A stretch of 64,000 nt of DNA from Eledone cirrhosa (Eukaryota). The notes below the pieces were generated by a model. The model saw only the letters and a list, made by a program, of their open reading frames with translations, made no database searches and was not told the DNA's origin. The translations under genes and the position numbers were made by a program. The stretch spans positions 39,184,001-39,248,000 of the forward strand of contig OZ024752.1 in assembly GCA_964016885.1 (NCBI GenBank). Direction: 5' to 3'. Shown here piece after piece: positions 1 to 11,909 of this stretch (positions are counted from its first letter, which is position 1; the number at the start of each line of letters is the position of its first letter).

Positions 1-276
1 AACACTTTAATCAGTGAACAAGAACAACAAATCCTAAAGTTACCACCAAAATTTGCCATCTACAAAAAGATTAACCCTATGGAATGCAAAACGGAGCTGG
101 AAAAGTGTTTCACAAAAATACGTTGGAATGCAAAGGTAAACAACAACAACAATAATAACGGTAGTAGTAATATAAACAATAACTCTGGGTATAGAAATAA
201 CAGCCATAACCATAACAATGGCAGGAAAGTGAGAAATAGTGATAATAGTAATAATACTAGCGATAGACAGAACAAC
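1..276 (+). mobile_element. Penelope-like element ORF, N-terminal fragment, truncated by the assembly gap
   Basis: Frame 1 reads NTLISEQEQQILKLPPKFAIYKKINPMECKTELEKCFTKIRWN then an Asn-rich tract. This resembles the pre-RT motif of PLE ORFs (recognised from memory). Confidence 0.5.
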
Positions 277-476
277 NNNNNNNNNNNNNNNNNNNNNNNN
301 NNNNNNNNNNNNNNNNNNNNNNNNNNNNNNNNNNNNNNNNNNNNNNNNNNNNNNNNNNNNNNNNNNNNNNNNNNNNNNNNNNNNNNNNNNNNNNNNNNNN
401 NNNNNNNNNNNNNNNNNNNNNNNNNNNNNNNNNNNNNNNNNNNNNNNNNNNNNNNNNNNNNNNNNNNNNNNNNNNN
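277..476. other. Assembly gap (200 N)
   Basis: Run of N. Confidence 1.
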
Positions 477-1026
477 AATGTTTTATGTATATTTTAAAGC
501 TAAATACAGATATAGTTATTGAGGACTAATGGAATGGAATAAAGTATGAATGTCAGGTTCAAATCCCGCCAATATTTGACAATGGATATCGAAAATATCA
601 CCTTGGTGTGAAAGACTAAAAAACTATAATGACATCTACTGATAATAGGGAACAATGTTTGTAAATAAATGGAAACATCAGCCCGAAAGCAGACATTCGA
701 ATATTAAAGGACATACAACTGCTGAACTGGGCATAATTTTGGTTAGAACTGGGCATCCCATAAGATGGTCATCCTGGTGACATAAGAAAAAAGCACCCAG
801 TCCATCATGTAACATGGATGTGCTGGTGACACCAAAAAGGTATCCAGTCTGCCCTGTAAGATGGTTGTGCTGGTGACATGATGAAAAAGCACTAAGTCCA
901 ACCGGTTAGATGACCTTTCTGGTGCCACAATAAAAGCACCCAGTCCACACTGTAACGGGTTTGGCCTTAGAAAGATCATCCAGATGTAGAAACCAAACCA
1001 AAATACAAATACAAGACATGGTCACT

Positions 1027-2640
1027 TTATACAATAAACTACTGGATGTTGTAGGTAACAGTTTGGTCTTTCACACACTCCACCTTATACAATAAACTAC
1101 TGGATATTGGAGGAAACAGTGTGATATTTCACACATTCCACCTTATACAATAAACTACTGGATATTGGAGGAAGCAGTGTGATATTTCACACATTCCACC
1201 TTATACAATAAACTACTGGATGCTGGGGGAAACAGTGTGATATTTCATACACTCCACCTTATACAATAAACTACTGGATGTTGGAGAAAACAGTGTGATA
1301 TTTCACACATTCCACCTTATACAATAAACTACTGGATGTTGGAGGAAACAGTGTGATATTTCATACACTCCACCTTATACAATAAACTACTGCATATTGG
1401 AGGAAGCAGTGTGATATTTCACACATTCCACCTGATACAATAAACTACTGGATGTTGGAGGAAGCAGTGTGATATTTCACACATTCCACCTTATACAATA
1501 AACTACTGGATGTTGGAGGAAACACTGTGATATTTCACACACTCCACCTTATACAATAAACTACTAGATATTGGAAGAAGCAGTGTGATATTTCACACAT
1601 TCCACCTTATACAATAAACTACTAGATATTGGAAGAAGCAGTGTGATATTTCACACATTCCACCTTATACAATAAACTACTGGATGTTGGAAGAAACAGT
1701 GTGATATTTCACACATTCCACCTTATACAATAAACTATTGGATGTTGGAGGAAACAGTGTGATATTTCACACATTCCACCTCATACAATAAACTACTGGA
1801 TATTGGAGGAAACAGTGTGATATTTCACACATTCTACCTTATACAATAAACTACTGGATGTTGGAGGAAGCAGTGTGATATTTCATACACTCCACCTTAT
1901 ACAATAAACTACTGGATGTTGGAGGAAACAGTGTGATATTTGACACATTCCACCTTATATAATAAACTACTGGATATTGGAGGAAGCAGTGTGATATTTC
2001 ACACATTCTACCTTATACAATAAACTATTGGATATTGGAGGAAACAGTGTGATATTTCACACATTCCACCTTATACAATAAACTACTGGATATTGGAGGA
2101 AGCAGTGTGATATTTCATACATTCCACCTTATACAATAAACTACTGGATATTGGAGGAAGCAGTGTGATATTTCATACACTCCACCTTATACAATAAACT
2201 ACTGGATGTTGGAGGAAACAGTGTGATATTTCACACATTTCACCTTATATAATAAACTACTGGATATTGGAGGAAACAGTGTGATATTTCACACATTCCA
2301 CCTCATACAATAAACTATTGGATATTGGAGGAAACAGTGTGATATTTCACACACTCCACTTTATACAATAAACTACTGGATGTTGAAGGCAACAGTGTGA
2401 TATTTCACACATTCCACCTTATACAATAAACTACTGGATATTGGAGGAAACAGTGTGATATTTCACACATTCTACCTTATACAATAAACTACTGGATGTT
2501 GAAGGAAACAGTGTGATATTTCACACATTCCACCTTATACAATAAACTACTGGATATTGGAGGAAACAGTGTGATATTTCACACATTCCACCTTATACAA
2601 TAAACTACTGGATGTTGAAGGAAACAGTTTGGTCTTTCAC
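1027..2640. repeat. 58-bp minisatellite, about 28 copies
   Basis: Unit CACCTTATACAATAAACTACTGGATATTGGAGGAAACAGTGTGATATTTCACACATTC; period 58 (1081, 1139, ...). Confidence 0.97.
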
Positions 2641-3417
2641 AAAATGAAAGTAAAGTATATTTGGAACAGATCTGTTAATTACATCAAGTCAATTAATTAC
2701 CTACCTATACTGTATTGATAAAATTGTTAGCACATTTAAAATACCTGTAATAAGTAGTTATGTTTCTTTTTCTACTAAGTTTATATTCTGTCATACTAAC
2801 AATTCCTTCTGTGGTTGATCAACTAAATTACCAGAGAAGTATTGGAGGTCAATTTAAGATAACTAAAAGGCACCCAAGATGTGAATCATCATCATCATCA
2901 CCATTTAATGTCCATTTTCCATGATAGCAGAGGTTTTACAAGTCTATAATCTGTCCTGACAAATCTTTCTCATTACATTTGTATAGATGTGTTTTGATAT
3001 ATATTGTCATGTTTTTTCTACATTCTCTATCTCACTTTTTATATGTTTTTCTGTTTCCTTCTTTACAAATTCTGTGTTCAGTCAACTACATAATATCTAA
3101 TTATATAATGATTTACTTAATACAACCCTGAATCTATACAGTTGTTGTGATAACAGTTGTAAACAGTCAGGTTCAAATAACTATTTAGTTGCTTAATCTG
3201 TAAGACATAGTAACAAAAGGAATCATGTGTGTGAGAAATAAAATACCCATGTCTGGAACAACATTAATCCTAGATCTGTTTGATCAGTGTTAACTTTAGG
3301 ATCAAATAACAGAATCACTGATGAAGTTCTTAATTTTATCAACAAATGAGACTTTCTTATAAGTAATTGTTTTGAAAATAAAATCAATCTTTATATTAGA
3401 AACATAATATTACCTAC

Positions 3418-3487
3418 CGTAGCTGTGTAATTGTGAGATTTGTGTGATTAACAAAAGTTTCAAAAATAACAGATGCAATTCCATTAT
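3418..3487 (-). CDS. Candidate signal-peptide exon of a minus-strand host gene
   Basis: Acceptor tttcttttatatacAG and donor G/GTAGGTA flank 70 nt reading IMELHLLFLKLLLITQISQLHSY, ending in phase 1. Confidence 0.4.
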
Positions 3488-3589
3488 CTGTATATAAAAG
3501 AAAAATGTTGATATGAACAACAATATTTTCTACAAATAAGGAACATGTAGTCAATGAAAGGACGATGTAAAGAATCATTTGACATTAAT

Positions 3590-4010
3590 GGTTTCTGATT
3601 TAGGCACAAGGTCAACAATTATGGGTGAGGGGAATATCAATTAAATCAACCTCAGTGCATTACTGGTACTTTATTTTGTTGACAACGTAAGGATGAAAGG
3701 CAAAGTTAACCTTGGTGGGATTTGAACTCAGAACATAGCGGGCCATAATTATATGCCACAAGGCATGTAGTCTGACACTCTATTAATATTGTGAAAACAC
3801 TGACTTAAATAATGCTTTCTAATTTAGGTACAAAAACAACAATTTTAGGGGTAAGCCAATTAACTCGACCCCAGTGTGTTACTGGTACTTTCTTTTATTG
3901 ACAACATAAAGATGATAGGCAAAGCTAACCATGGCAGGATATGAACTCAGAATGTAACGGGCTCCAACTATATGCCACAAAGAATGTTGACTAATGCTCT
4001 ATTGATACTG
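3590..4010 (-). mobile_element. Two degenerate tRNA-derived SINE copies
   Basis: Reverse complement has B-box GAGTTCAAATCC and the core GCCTTTCATCC...ATAAAGTACCAG shared with other copies in the window. Confidence 0.8.
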
Positions 4011-4812
4011 TCAACCAAATACTCTAAATAAGAATTTGACATTAATAAAAGAAATTTGTTTATGCATAAAACAAAAACTGTCTAAACATTATAGTGGCAC
4101 AACATGTAGTAGAAGGGTGACCTTATAAAGATACTAGAGCCACTATATCTTGCTAAATTTCCATCTTCCATCTACATTGAATTTGATATGCCAGACTAGC
4201 TGGCAAGAAACATATATGACCCCCCAAATACAGGTCCATAATCCATTACTGATATAAAAAGATTATATTTTACAGGGTAACTTTTGTTGACATGTTAAAA
4301 AATAATAATTGATTTATGTCTGGACTATATGAAGGTGTCTGAGTGCCACTCATGGATACTAGAGTCACTATGCCCTGTTAAATTTCCATGACCATAGCTG
4401 AAACCATTCAAAAACTGACTGTTATATGTCCACTCAGCTGTATTGAAAAACTACTTCCGTTTTAGTCACAGACAGAATTGGTGTATTGACAGGAATATTT
4501 CATGGTGACAGCTTGTCTGTAATAATATTTCTGCTGACTGTGACTCTATTGTTAGCCCTGTTACATGCTTGTCAGTATAGAAGACAGAAAGGTTAATATC
4601 ACTTATATCTTTTTCATGATGTCCTTAAGTACCAAGAGAAAATTACATCAGGTCACAGCATCTCACAGGTCATAATAACAGAAGTACAATAGATTTGGTA
4701 GTAAACTGTGGTAAATTGTCAAGAGGAGACTATGTATGTCAATGGCCTGTCTATTTCACCTATCTCCAGTGGTGAATGCTACAAGTAACTTGGAATAGAT
4801 GAGAATATTGTA

Positions 4813-5560
4813 TATGATGTTTGTTCCAAATGTAAAGGTACTGATGTTTCATTTGAATGTGTATTAGACATATATGAAATTACAAGTTAGCTCCTTCAAA
4901 ATATTTTCTCCATTGATCATAGCAGCCTGGAAGTAATTTTCTGTGAGTGTCCTTAGCTCATCAGTTTCAATTTTTTTCAACAGTCCCAAAATGATGATCC
5001 TTCAGCTGCAATTTCAACTTAGGAAAGAGGTAGAAACCACACAGAGCTCAATCTGAGCTGTTGTAAAGATGTGGAAGAGTGGGAATGTTTTTCTTTGCTA
5101 GAAATTCTCAAATTGAAAATGCTGTGTTTGGGCAATACCTTTACACAAATTTTTCACATGTGCTAATGGTCTGTTAAAATTCTGTGAACTCCATTTTTAT
5201 CCAAGCCCATTTCTTCTGCAATCATCCTAACACATAATCAGCAATCTTTCCTTATCACCCCTCATACTACTTCTACATTGTGTTCATTTGTTGACGAGAT
5301 TGCCCTTCCAGAATGAGGTCAGTCTTCAACATTTTCCTGGCCCTGTTTGAAAGCTTTGTACCTCTTAAAAACCTTACTTTCCAATAGAGTGGCATCTTCA
5401 TATTCTTGTGTTAAAGGATTATATGTTTCAATGGAAGATTTGTTGAGTTTCACATAAAATTTGATTGCGTTCTATTATTTGATTTTTTTCTTGTATCGCA
5501 AATGTAACAGACATTATAAACACATCTGTACATAAACATCAATAATTCATGATTGGTTTA
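4813..5560 (-). mobile_element. Internally deleted, degenerate Tc1/mariner transposon
   Basis: Minus-strand translation gives AIKFYVKLNKSSIETY...FKQGQENVED*PHSGR (HTH region) and FYLFPKLKLQLKDHHF (catalytic C-terminus), with many stops. Ends are approximate. Confidence 0.8.
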
Positions 5561-6682
5561 ATTAATCATGTTGAAACAAGTATGCATGTGTAGCCAAAGT
5601 CATAACCAACACATTTATATACATAACCGAGGTGCTGCATTACCGTGTTAAACATATAAAAACCAGTAGTTTTGTGATAAGCATGTTGGCATTGTGAATA
5701 AAGTCAGAATGACCAAGAAATACCTCAGTGGACATAAAATATTATAAAAGTCAGAGTTGTTTATATTCAATGAGACAACTCATATTGCTGGTATGGGTGT
5801 GTGGTACATATGAAAGAGATCTGAATAAAATAGTGCAGGGAAAATATAGAAGAATTAGACTAAAGAAAATTTGGGATTACATGGTAATGGCTGACCTCAC
5901 AAAGCTGGACCTTATGAAGGATATGACACAGCATCAAGTTATCTGGAAATATGTGATGCGGCAGAAGACTTAACTTCCCACATGAACAGGATAGAACGAG
6001 TAAGGAGAGAGTGGTGGTACAAGCATAGGCTGACTATAAAGGAATGGTGCTAGAGCTGTGAAATCTTGCATGCATTAATTTCAACTTTTCTTATTCACAA
6101 CTGCATTGTTTCTTTCCATGGACTATGTTGAAAAATTAACCTCATTTGGTCATTCCATGAGAGTATCTTGGTTAGACAATGAATTTTTCTGCTGGCCCTT
6201 ATAATAGCAAAAAGGTACAATATTTAGATCTCTACTCACCTGCTAAATATGTCCTTGACATTTCCATACCTCATCCACCTAGCTATCCCCATCACATATA
6301 ATCTTACCCCCCTCCCCACACATTCCATTTCACCACCTGAGTCTTCCCACTCATCCCACAACTCTGATTCCTCCTTTCTTGTTCAATCCACGCCAGCAGG
6401 GAAAGATGGATGTACTTCCCTGACACAGTGTACTGTCAAATGTCATTTCTTCACATTCTCACTCAATGGTACATACATACCTCTCCCCACTACCAATATT
6501 CCCCCTCCATCTCTCCCCCTAGGTCACTACCAAACCTCCCTGTTTTCCCCCCTCTTCTCAAACTCTTTCTCTGCCACCTTAGTAATCCCATCCTCCTTGA
6601 TCCTCAGTTTTTAGTCCAACTATGCCAGCATGGAGAGGCGTATGTACTCACTCCACAATGCACTGTCAGACATCACTCTTAA

Positions 6683-6901
6683 CCCTTTAGCATTTACATT
6701 GCTCCTATATTTACTATTATAATTTTGTGGTAAAGGCTTTACCTCATGTAGTTATCTCACATAATACTGAATCTATGAGATTTTGATATTTATTTTGAGA
6801 AAAATACCTTGATATCAGTATGAGTGGCCTGTTACGACTGGTTTGAACAGAAAGAGGTTAGAGAATTCTGGCCAGATATGGTCGGTATAAATGCTAAAGG
6901 G
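6683..6901. mobile_element. piggyBac-type MITE
   Basis: TTAA|CCCTTTAGCATTTA ... TAAATGCTAAAGGG|TTAA: terminal inverted repeats with a TTAA duplication; 219 bp. Confidence 0.85.
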
Positions 6902-7006
6902 TTAAGGCCACCTTTACACCTCCCTCCTCCTTCAGCAAGAAACATGAGGCCTATCACAAACTCTTCAGCCTAGCCAAGGACCCAACAACAGGCACTCTCA
7001 TCTGGA

Positions 7007-9115
7007 AAATGGTAGTGCTGGTGTCACAGTAAAATGTACTGTCCACACTGTAAAGAGGTAGTGCTGGTGTCACAGTAAAATGTACTCAGTCCACACTGTA
7101 AAGTGGTAGTGCTGGTGTCACAGTAAAATGTACTCAGTCCACACTGTAAAGTGGTAGTGATGGTGTCACAGTAAAATGTACTCAGTCCACACTGTAAAAT
7201 GGTAGTGCTGGTGTCACAGTAAAATGTACTCAGTCCACACTGTAAAGTGTTAGTGCTGGTGTCACAGTAAAATGTACTCAGTCCACACTGTAAAGTGGTA
7301 GTGCTGGTGTCACAGTAAAATGAACTCAGTCCACACTGTAAAGTGGTAGTGCTGGTGTCACAGTAAAATGTACTCAGTCCACACTGTAAAGTGTTAGTGC
7401 TGGTGTCACAGTAAAATGTACTCAGTCCACACTATAAAGTGGTAGTGCTGGTGTCACAGTAAAATCTACTGTAAAATTGTAGTGATGGTGTCAATAAAAT
7501 CTATTGTAAAGTGGTAGTGATGGTGTCACAGTAAAACGTACTCAGTCCACACTGTAAAGTGGTAGTGCTGGTGTCACAGTAAAATGTACTCAGTCCACAC
7601 TGTAAAGTGGTAGTGCTGGTGTCACAGTAAAATCTACTGTAAAATTGTAGTGATGGTGTCAATAAAATCTATTGTAAAGTGGTAGTGCTGGTGTCACAAT
7701 AAAATATACTGTAAAATTGTAGTGATGTGTCAATAAAATCTACTGTAAAGTGGTAGTGATGGTGTCACAGTAAAATCTACTGTAAAATAATAGTGATGGT
7801 GTCACAATAAAATCTACTGTAAAGTGGTAGAGATGGTGTCACAATAAAATCTACTGTAAAGTAGTAGTGATGGTGCCACAGTAAAATCTACTGTAAAGTA
7901 GTAGTGATGGTGTCACAATAAAATCTACTGTAAAGTAGTAGTGATGGTGTCACAATAAAATCTACTGTAAAGTGGTAGAGATGGTGTCACAATAAAATTT
8001 ACTGTAAAGTGGTAGTGATGGTGTCACAACAAAATCTACTGTAAAGTAGTAGTGATGGTGTCACAACAAAATCTACTGTAAAGTAGTAGTGATGGTGTCA
8101 CAGTAAAATCTACTGTAAAGTAGTAGTGATGGTATCAACAAAATCTACTGTAAAGTGGTAGTGATGGTGTCACAACAAAATCTACTGTAAAGTAGTAGTG
8201 ATGGTGTCACAACAAAATCTACTGTAAAGTGGTAGTGATGGTGTCACAACAAAATCTACTGTAAAGTAGTAGTGATGGTGTCACAACAAAATCTACTGTA
8301 AAGTGGTAGTGATGGTGTCAATAAAATCTACTGTAAAGTGGTAGTGATGGTGTCACAATAAAATCTACTGTAAAGTAGTAGTGATGGTGTCAATAAAATC
8401 TACTGTAAAGTGGTAGTGCTGGTATCGCAGTAAAATCTACTGTAAAGTAGTAGTGATGGTATCACAATAAAATCTACTGTAAAGTGGTAGTGATGGTGTC
8501 AATAAAATCTACTGTAAAGTGGTAGTGCTGGTATCGCAGTAAAATCTACTGTAAAGTAGTAGTGATGGTATCACAATAAAATCTACTGTAAAGTAGTAGT
8601 GATGGTATCACAATAAAATCTACTGTAAAGTGGTAGTGATGGTGTCACAATAAAATCTACTGTAAAGTGGTAGTGATGGTGTCACAATAAAATCTACTGT
8701 AAAGTGGTAGTGATGGTGTCAATAAAATCTACTGTAAAGTGGTAGTGCTGGTATCGCAGTAAAATCTACTGTAAAGTAGTAGTGATGGTATCACAATAAA
8801 ATCTACTGTAAAGTGGTAGTGATGGTGTCACAATAAAATCTACTGTAAAGTGGTAGTGATGGTGTCACAATAAAATCTACTGTAAAGTGGTAGTGATGGT
8901 GTCAATAAAATCTACTGTAAAGTGGTTAGTGATGGTGTCACAATAAAATCTACTGTAAAGTGGTAGTGATGGTGTCACAATAAAATCTACTGTAAAGTGG
9001 TAGTGCTGGTATCGCAGTAAAATCTACTGTAAAGTAGTAGTGATGGTGTCACAATAAAATCTACTGTAAAATGGTAGTGATGGTGTCACAATAAAATCTA
9101 CTCACCCAACACTGT
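7007..9115. repeat. Minisatellite switching from a 48-bp to a 37/35-bp unit
   Basis: 48-bp GTCCACACTGTAAAGTGGTAGTGCTGGTGTCACAGTAAAATGTACTCA until about 7620, then the deletion derivative CTACTGTAAAGTGGTAGTGATGGTGTCACAATAAAAT. Confidence 0.95.
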
Positions 9116-9449
9116 TTAGTTGTTGATCGTCTTGAAAGCTCTTTTGTCACACATTCTGTAACTGCTTTTGTTATTTTGCGTCTCTCCTTTGAACTGTCTT
9201 ACACCATCTTGTTTTTGAGAGCTGTGTACTTGGGATGTGCATGCATTATATCCGGGTTTGTGTGTGAGTGAGTGTTTTTTTAATAGTTTTAAAAATATAT
9301 TTATTTGTTTATTTATATGTTTATCTATTTATTTATTTTCTCTCTGTCCTACTTCTTACTAGTTGGTTACTTGTTCTATTTGTGTGTGTTTGGTTTATCT
9401 TGGGTTAGTTTTGGTGTGTCTCTGTATGTTTTTATATTATCCTTAGTTA

Positions 9450-9720
9450 CTCAATTGTGAGGTTGTTGCTATTCCATTCATGTTTTCAATTTAGTTTTGG
9501 TCAGAGTTCGTTTATGTTTGTCACTCCAGTAATCTGTTTGAGCATTGTGTTTGTTCTGTGTGTGGATATAATTTTTATCTCGATGTTCTCTCGTGAGCCC
9601 CATGTTCTATTCTGGCATGTTGGTGGAGTACTGATGAGTTTTTCTCATCTTGAAGTTTACACCAGTGTTCATTTCTCATTTCTTCTATGCTACAGGCTCA
9701 CCTATGTATGTCATGTTCCT
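9450..9720 (-). mobile_element. Penelope-like element GIY-YIG endonuclease remnant
   Basis: Minus strand, with frameshifts: MTYIGE...NEHWCKLQDEKNSSVLHQHARIEHG...IEIKIISTHRTNTMLKQIT...LN*KHEWN. Confidence 0.7.
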
Positions 9721-10482
9721 ATTCCTGACGATGTCACTAAGGTCTTACATCATGATCGGATGATGTAATATGACCATTGAAATATGTATAATGCTTTTTG
9801 CAACGTTAAAATTTTAAAAGGATATTTCAAGACCGGCCTTCTGTTGTTTTAAATAAATATTTTACTCTGTTCCTGCACCAGCCATGGCATTTAACATCTA
9901 TGATAGATGAGTTATATAACGTAGAGTGCTTTTCATCATAGTTTACTAACCAGAATGACCTATTTGACCCATTGGTAAACTATACAACACAAATGGAATA
10001 CAGCTCCTGTTGCAGTCGAGTGCTTTGTGATGTAATGCGGAACCAAATGCCCTGACCGCAATATTGGAGGAACTACCACTCCAGGCCAAGGTAACTTACT
10101 AAAACTAAGACTATCTCAAAGTCTGGACATGACTATATATGGCTACATCCACCCATATGGATCAACAAAATATTTGACGGGCTCTCTAAATTGTTTGATG
10201 CACCTGCATGATCCTTTCTGATTCAATTTGACTTTATATATCTTGTGCTGAGTTTTTACCTTCATAGATTAATTTTATCAGGTATTTATATTGGATGCTG
10301 GATATTACATTTTATAACCTACATTACATGATTTTTATTTAATTTTATTCTATTTTGTTTTATTTGATTTTAATTTTTATCATATTTATTATATTTTATA
10401 TTTGAAATATACATTGCCTACAACTTACCCTACAACTTACTAGTCATTTTATACTTCATGTGGGATATAAATTTCTAATACC

Positions 10483-10866
10483 AGTCCACACTGTAAAGTG
10501 GTCGTGCAAAAAACACCCAGCACACACTGTAAAGTGGTCAAGTAGGAGACACAGCAACAAGTACCCAGCACACACTGTAAAGTGGTAGTGTAGGTGTCAG
10601 GCAAAAAGCACCCAGCCCACACTGTAAAGTGGTCATGTAGGTGTCAGGACAAAAAGCACCCAACTCACACTGTAAAGTGGTCCTGTAGGTGTCACGACAA
10701 AAAGCACCCAGCCCACACTGTAAAGTGGTCGTGTAGGTGTCAGATCAAAAAGCACCCAGCCCACACTGTAAAGTGGTCGTGTAGGTGTCAGGACAAAAAG
10801 CACCCAGCCCACAGTGTAAAGTGATCGTTTAGGTGTCAGGACAAAAAGCACCCAGCCCACACTGTA
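10483..10866. repeat. 48-bp minisatellite, about 8 copies
   Basis: Unit AAAAAGCACCCAGCCCACACTGTAAAGTGGTCGTGTAGGTGTCAGGAC; same source motif as the 7-9 kb array. Confidence 0.9.
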
Positions 10867-11160
10867 ACCCAACTTGCCTCTAATGGAACAAAACAGTCTA
10901 GAAAAAGTGGAAGAGGTAAAGAAGGGCAGATGTGGCTGTATGGGAATGGATCAGAAAGGACTCTAAATGCCATAAATGAGAGGAAAAGCATGACTCTTGG
11001 GTCACAGAAGAAAGGGAGGGGGAAAAGGAGAGGGTGATGGGCTCTGAGCTTAGGGCACGGTTTGGGCTGCACCCTGTGGACTCACTATCTCTTTTACTTC
11101 TTTACTATTAAATAATAAAATATTTATTTATCCTTCCCCTACAATTTACTTACCCCTTAA

Positions 11161-11381
11161 CCCTTTAGCATTTAAACCGGCCGTATCTAGCCAGAACATT
11201 CTCACTTCTTTCTATTCAAACCGGCTGTAACTGACCGCTCAAACCTACATTAAGGATTTGTTCTCAAAATAAATAACATCAAAATCTTGTGGATTTGATA
11301 TTACAGGAGATAATTATGTAAGATAAAGCCTTTACTGCGAAAATACAATAGTAAATATAGAATAATGTAAATGCTAAAGGG
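11161..11381. mobile_element. piggyBac-type MITE, second copy, inverted relative to 6683-6901
   Basis: TTAA|CCCTTTAGCATTTA ... TAAATGCTAAAGGG|TGAA; the interior is the reverse complement of the first copy. Confidence 0.8.
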
Positions 11382-11684
11382 TGAACATTTAATATAGTTC
11401 TTCTGAATTATAATAATTACACGAGGTACATACTTACTACATATTGTAAACTTAACTCTACTCTAAATCTTACTTTTTTATAATTTTATATTTTCCCTAT
11501 TTATCATATTTTATCTTATAGTATATCATTTTATAGTTATTTGATACTCCATATGTAATCTGATATTAAGCAACCCATTTAACACTAGCTACTCACTTAA
11601 TTTAATTTATCTTCAATTTTACCTTCAGCTGTGTACAAGCATTTTTTTTATCTACACTATGTAATTTTATCACCATTATCATTC

Positions 11685-11880
11685 AGTATCGGTAGGACGT
11701 CAGACGTCATGCTTTGCAGCATAGTTATGGCCCTTTACGTTCTGAGTTGAAATCTCACTGAGGTTAACTTTGCCTTTCATCCTTAGAGGGTCGATAAAAT
11801 AAAGCACCAGTAATGCACTGGGGTTCATTTAATTAACCCCCCCCCCCACATTGCTGACCTTGTACCTATATGGAAATCAT
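11685..11880 (+). mobile_element. tRNA-derived SINE
   Basis: Degenerate B-box GAGTTGAAATC followed by core TTTGCCTTTCATCC...GGTCGATAAAATAAAGCACCAG. Confidence 0.8.
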
Positions 11881-11909
11881 TATAATTACTTTGCAGTGGA
11901 TTGGCAGTA

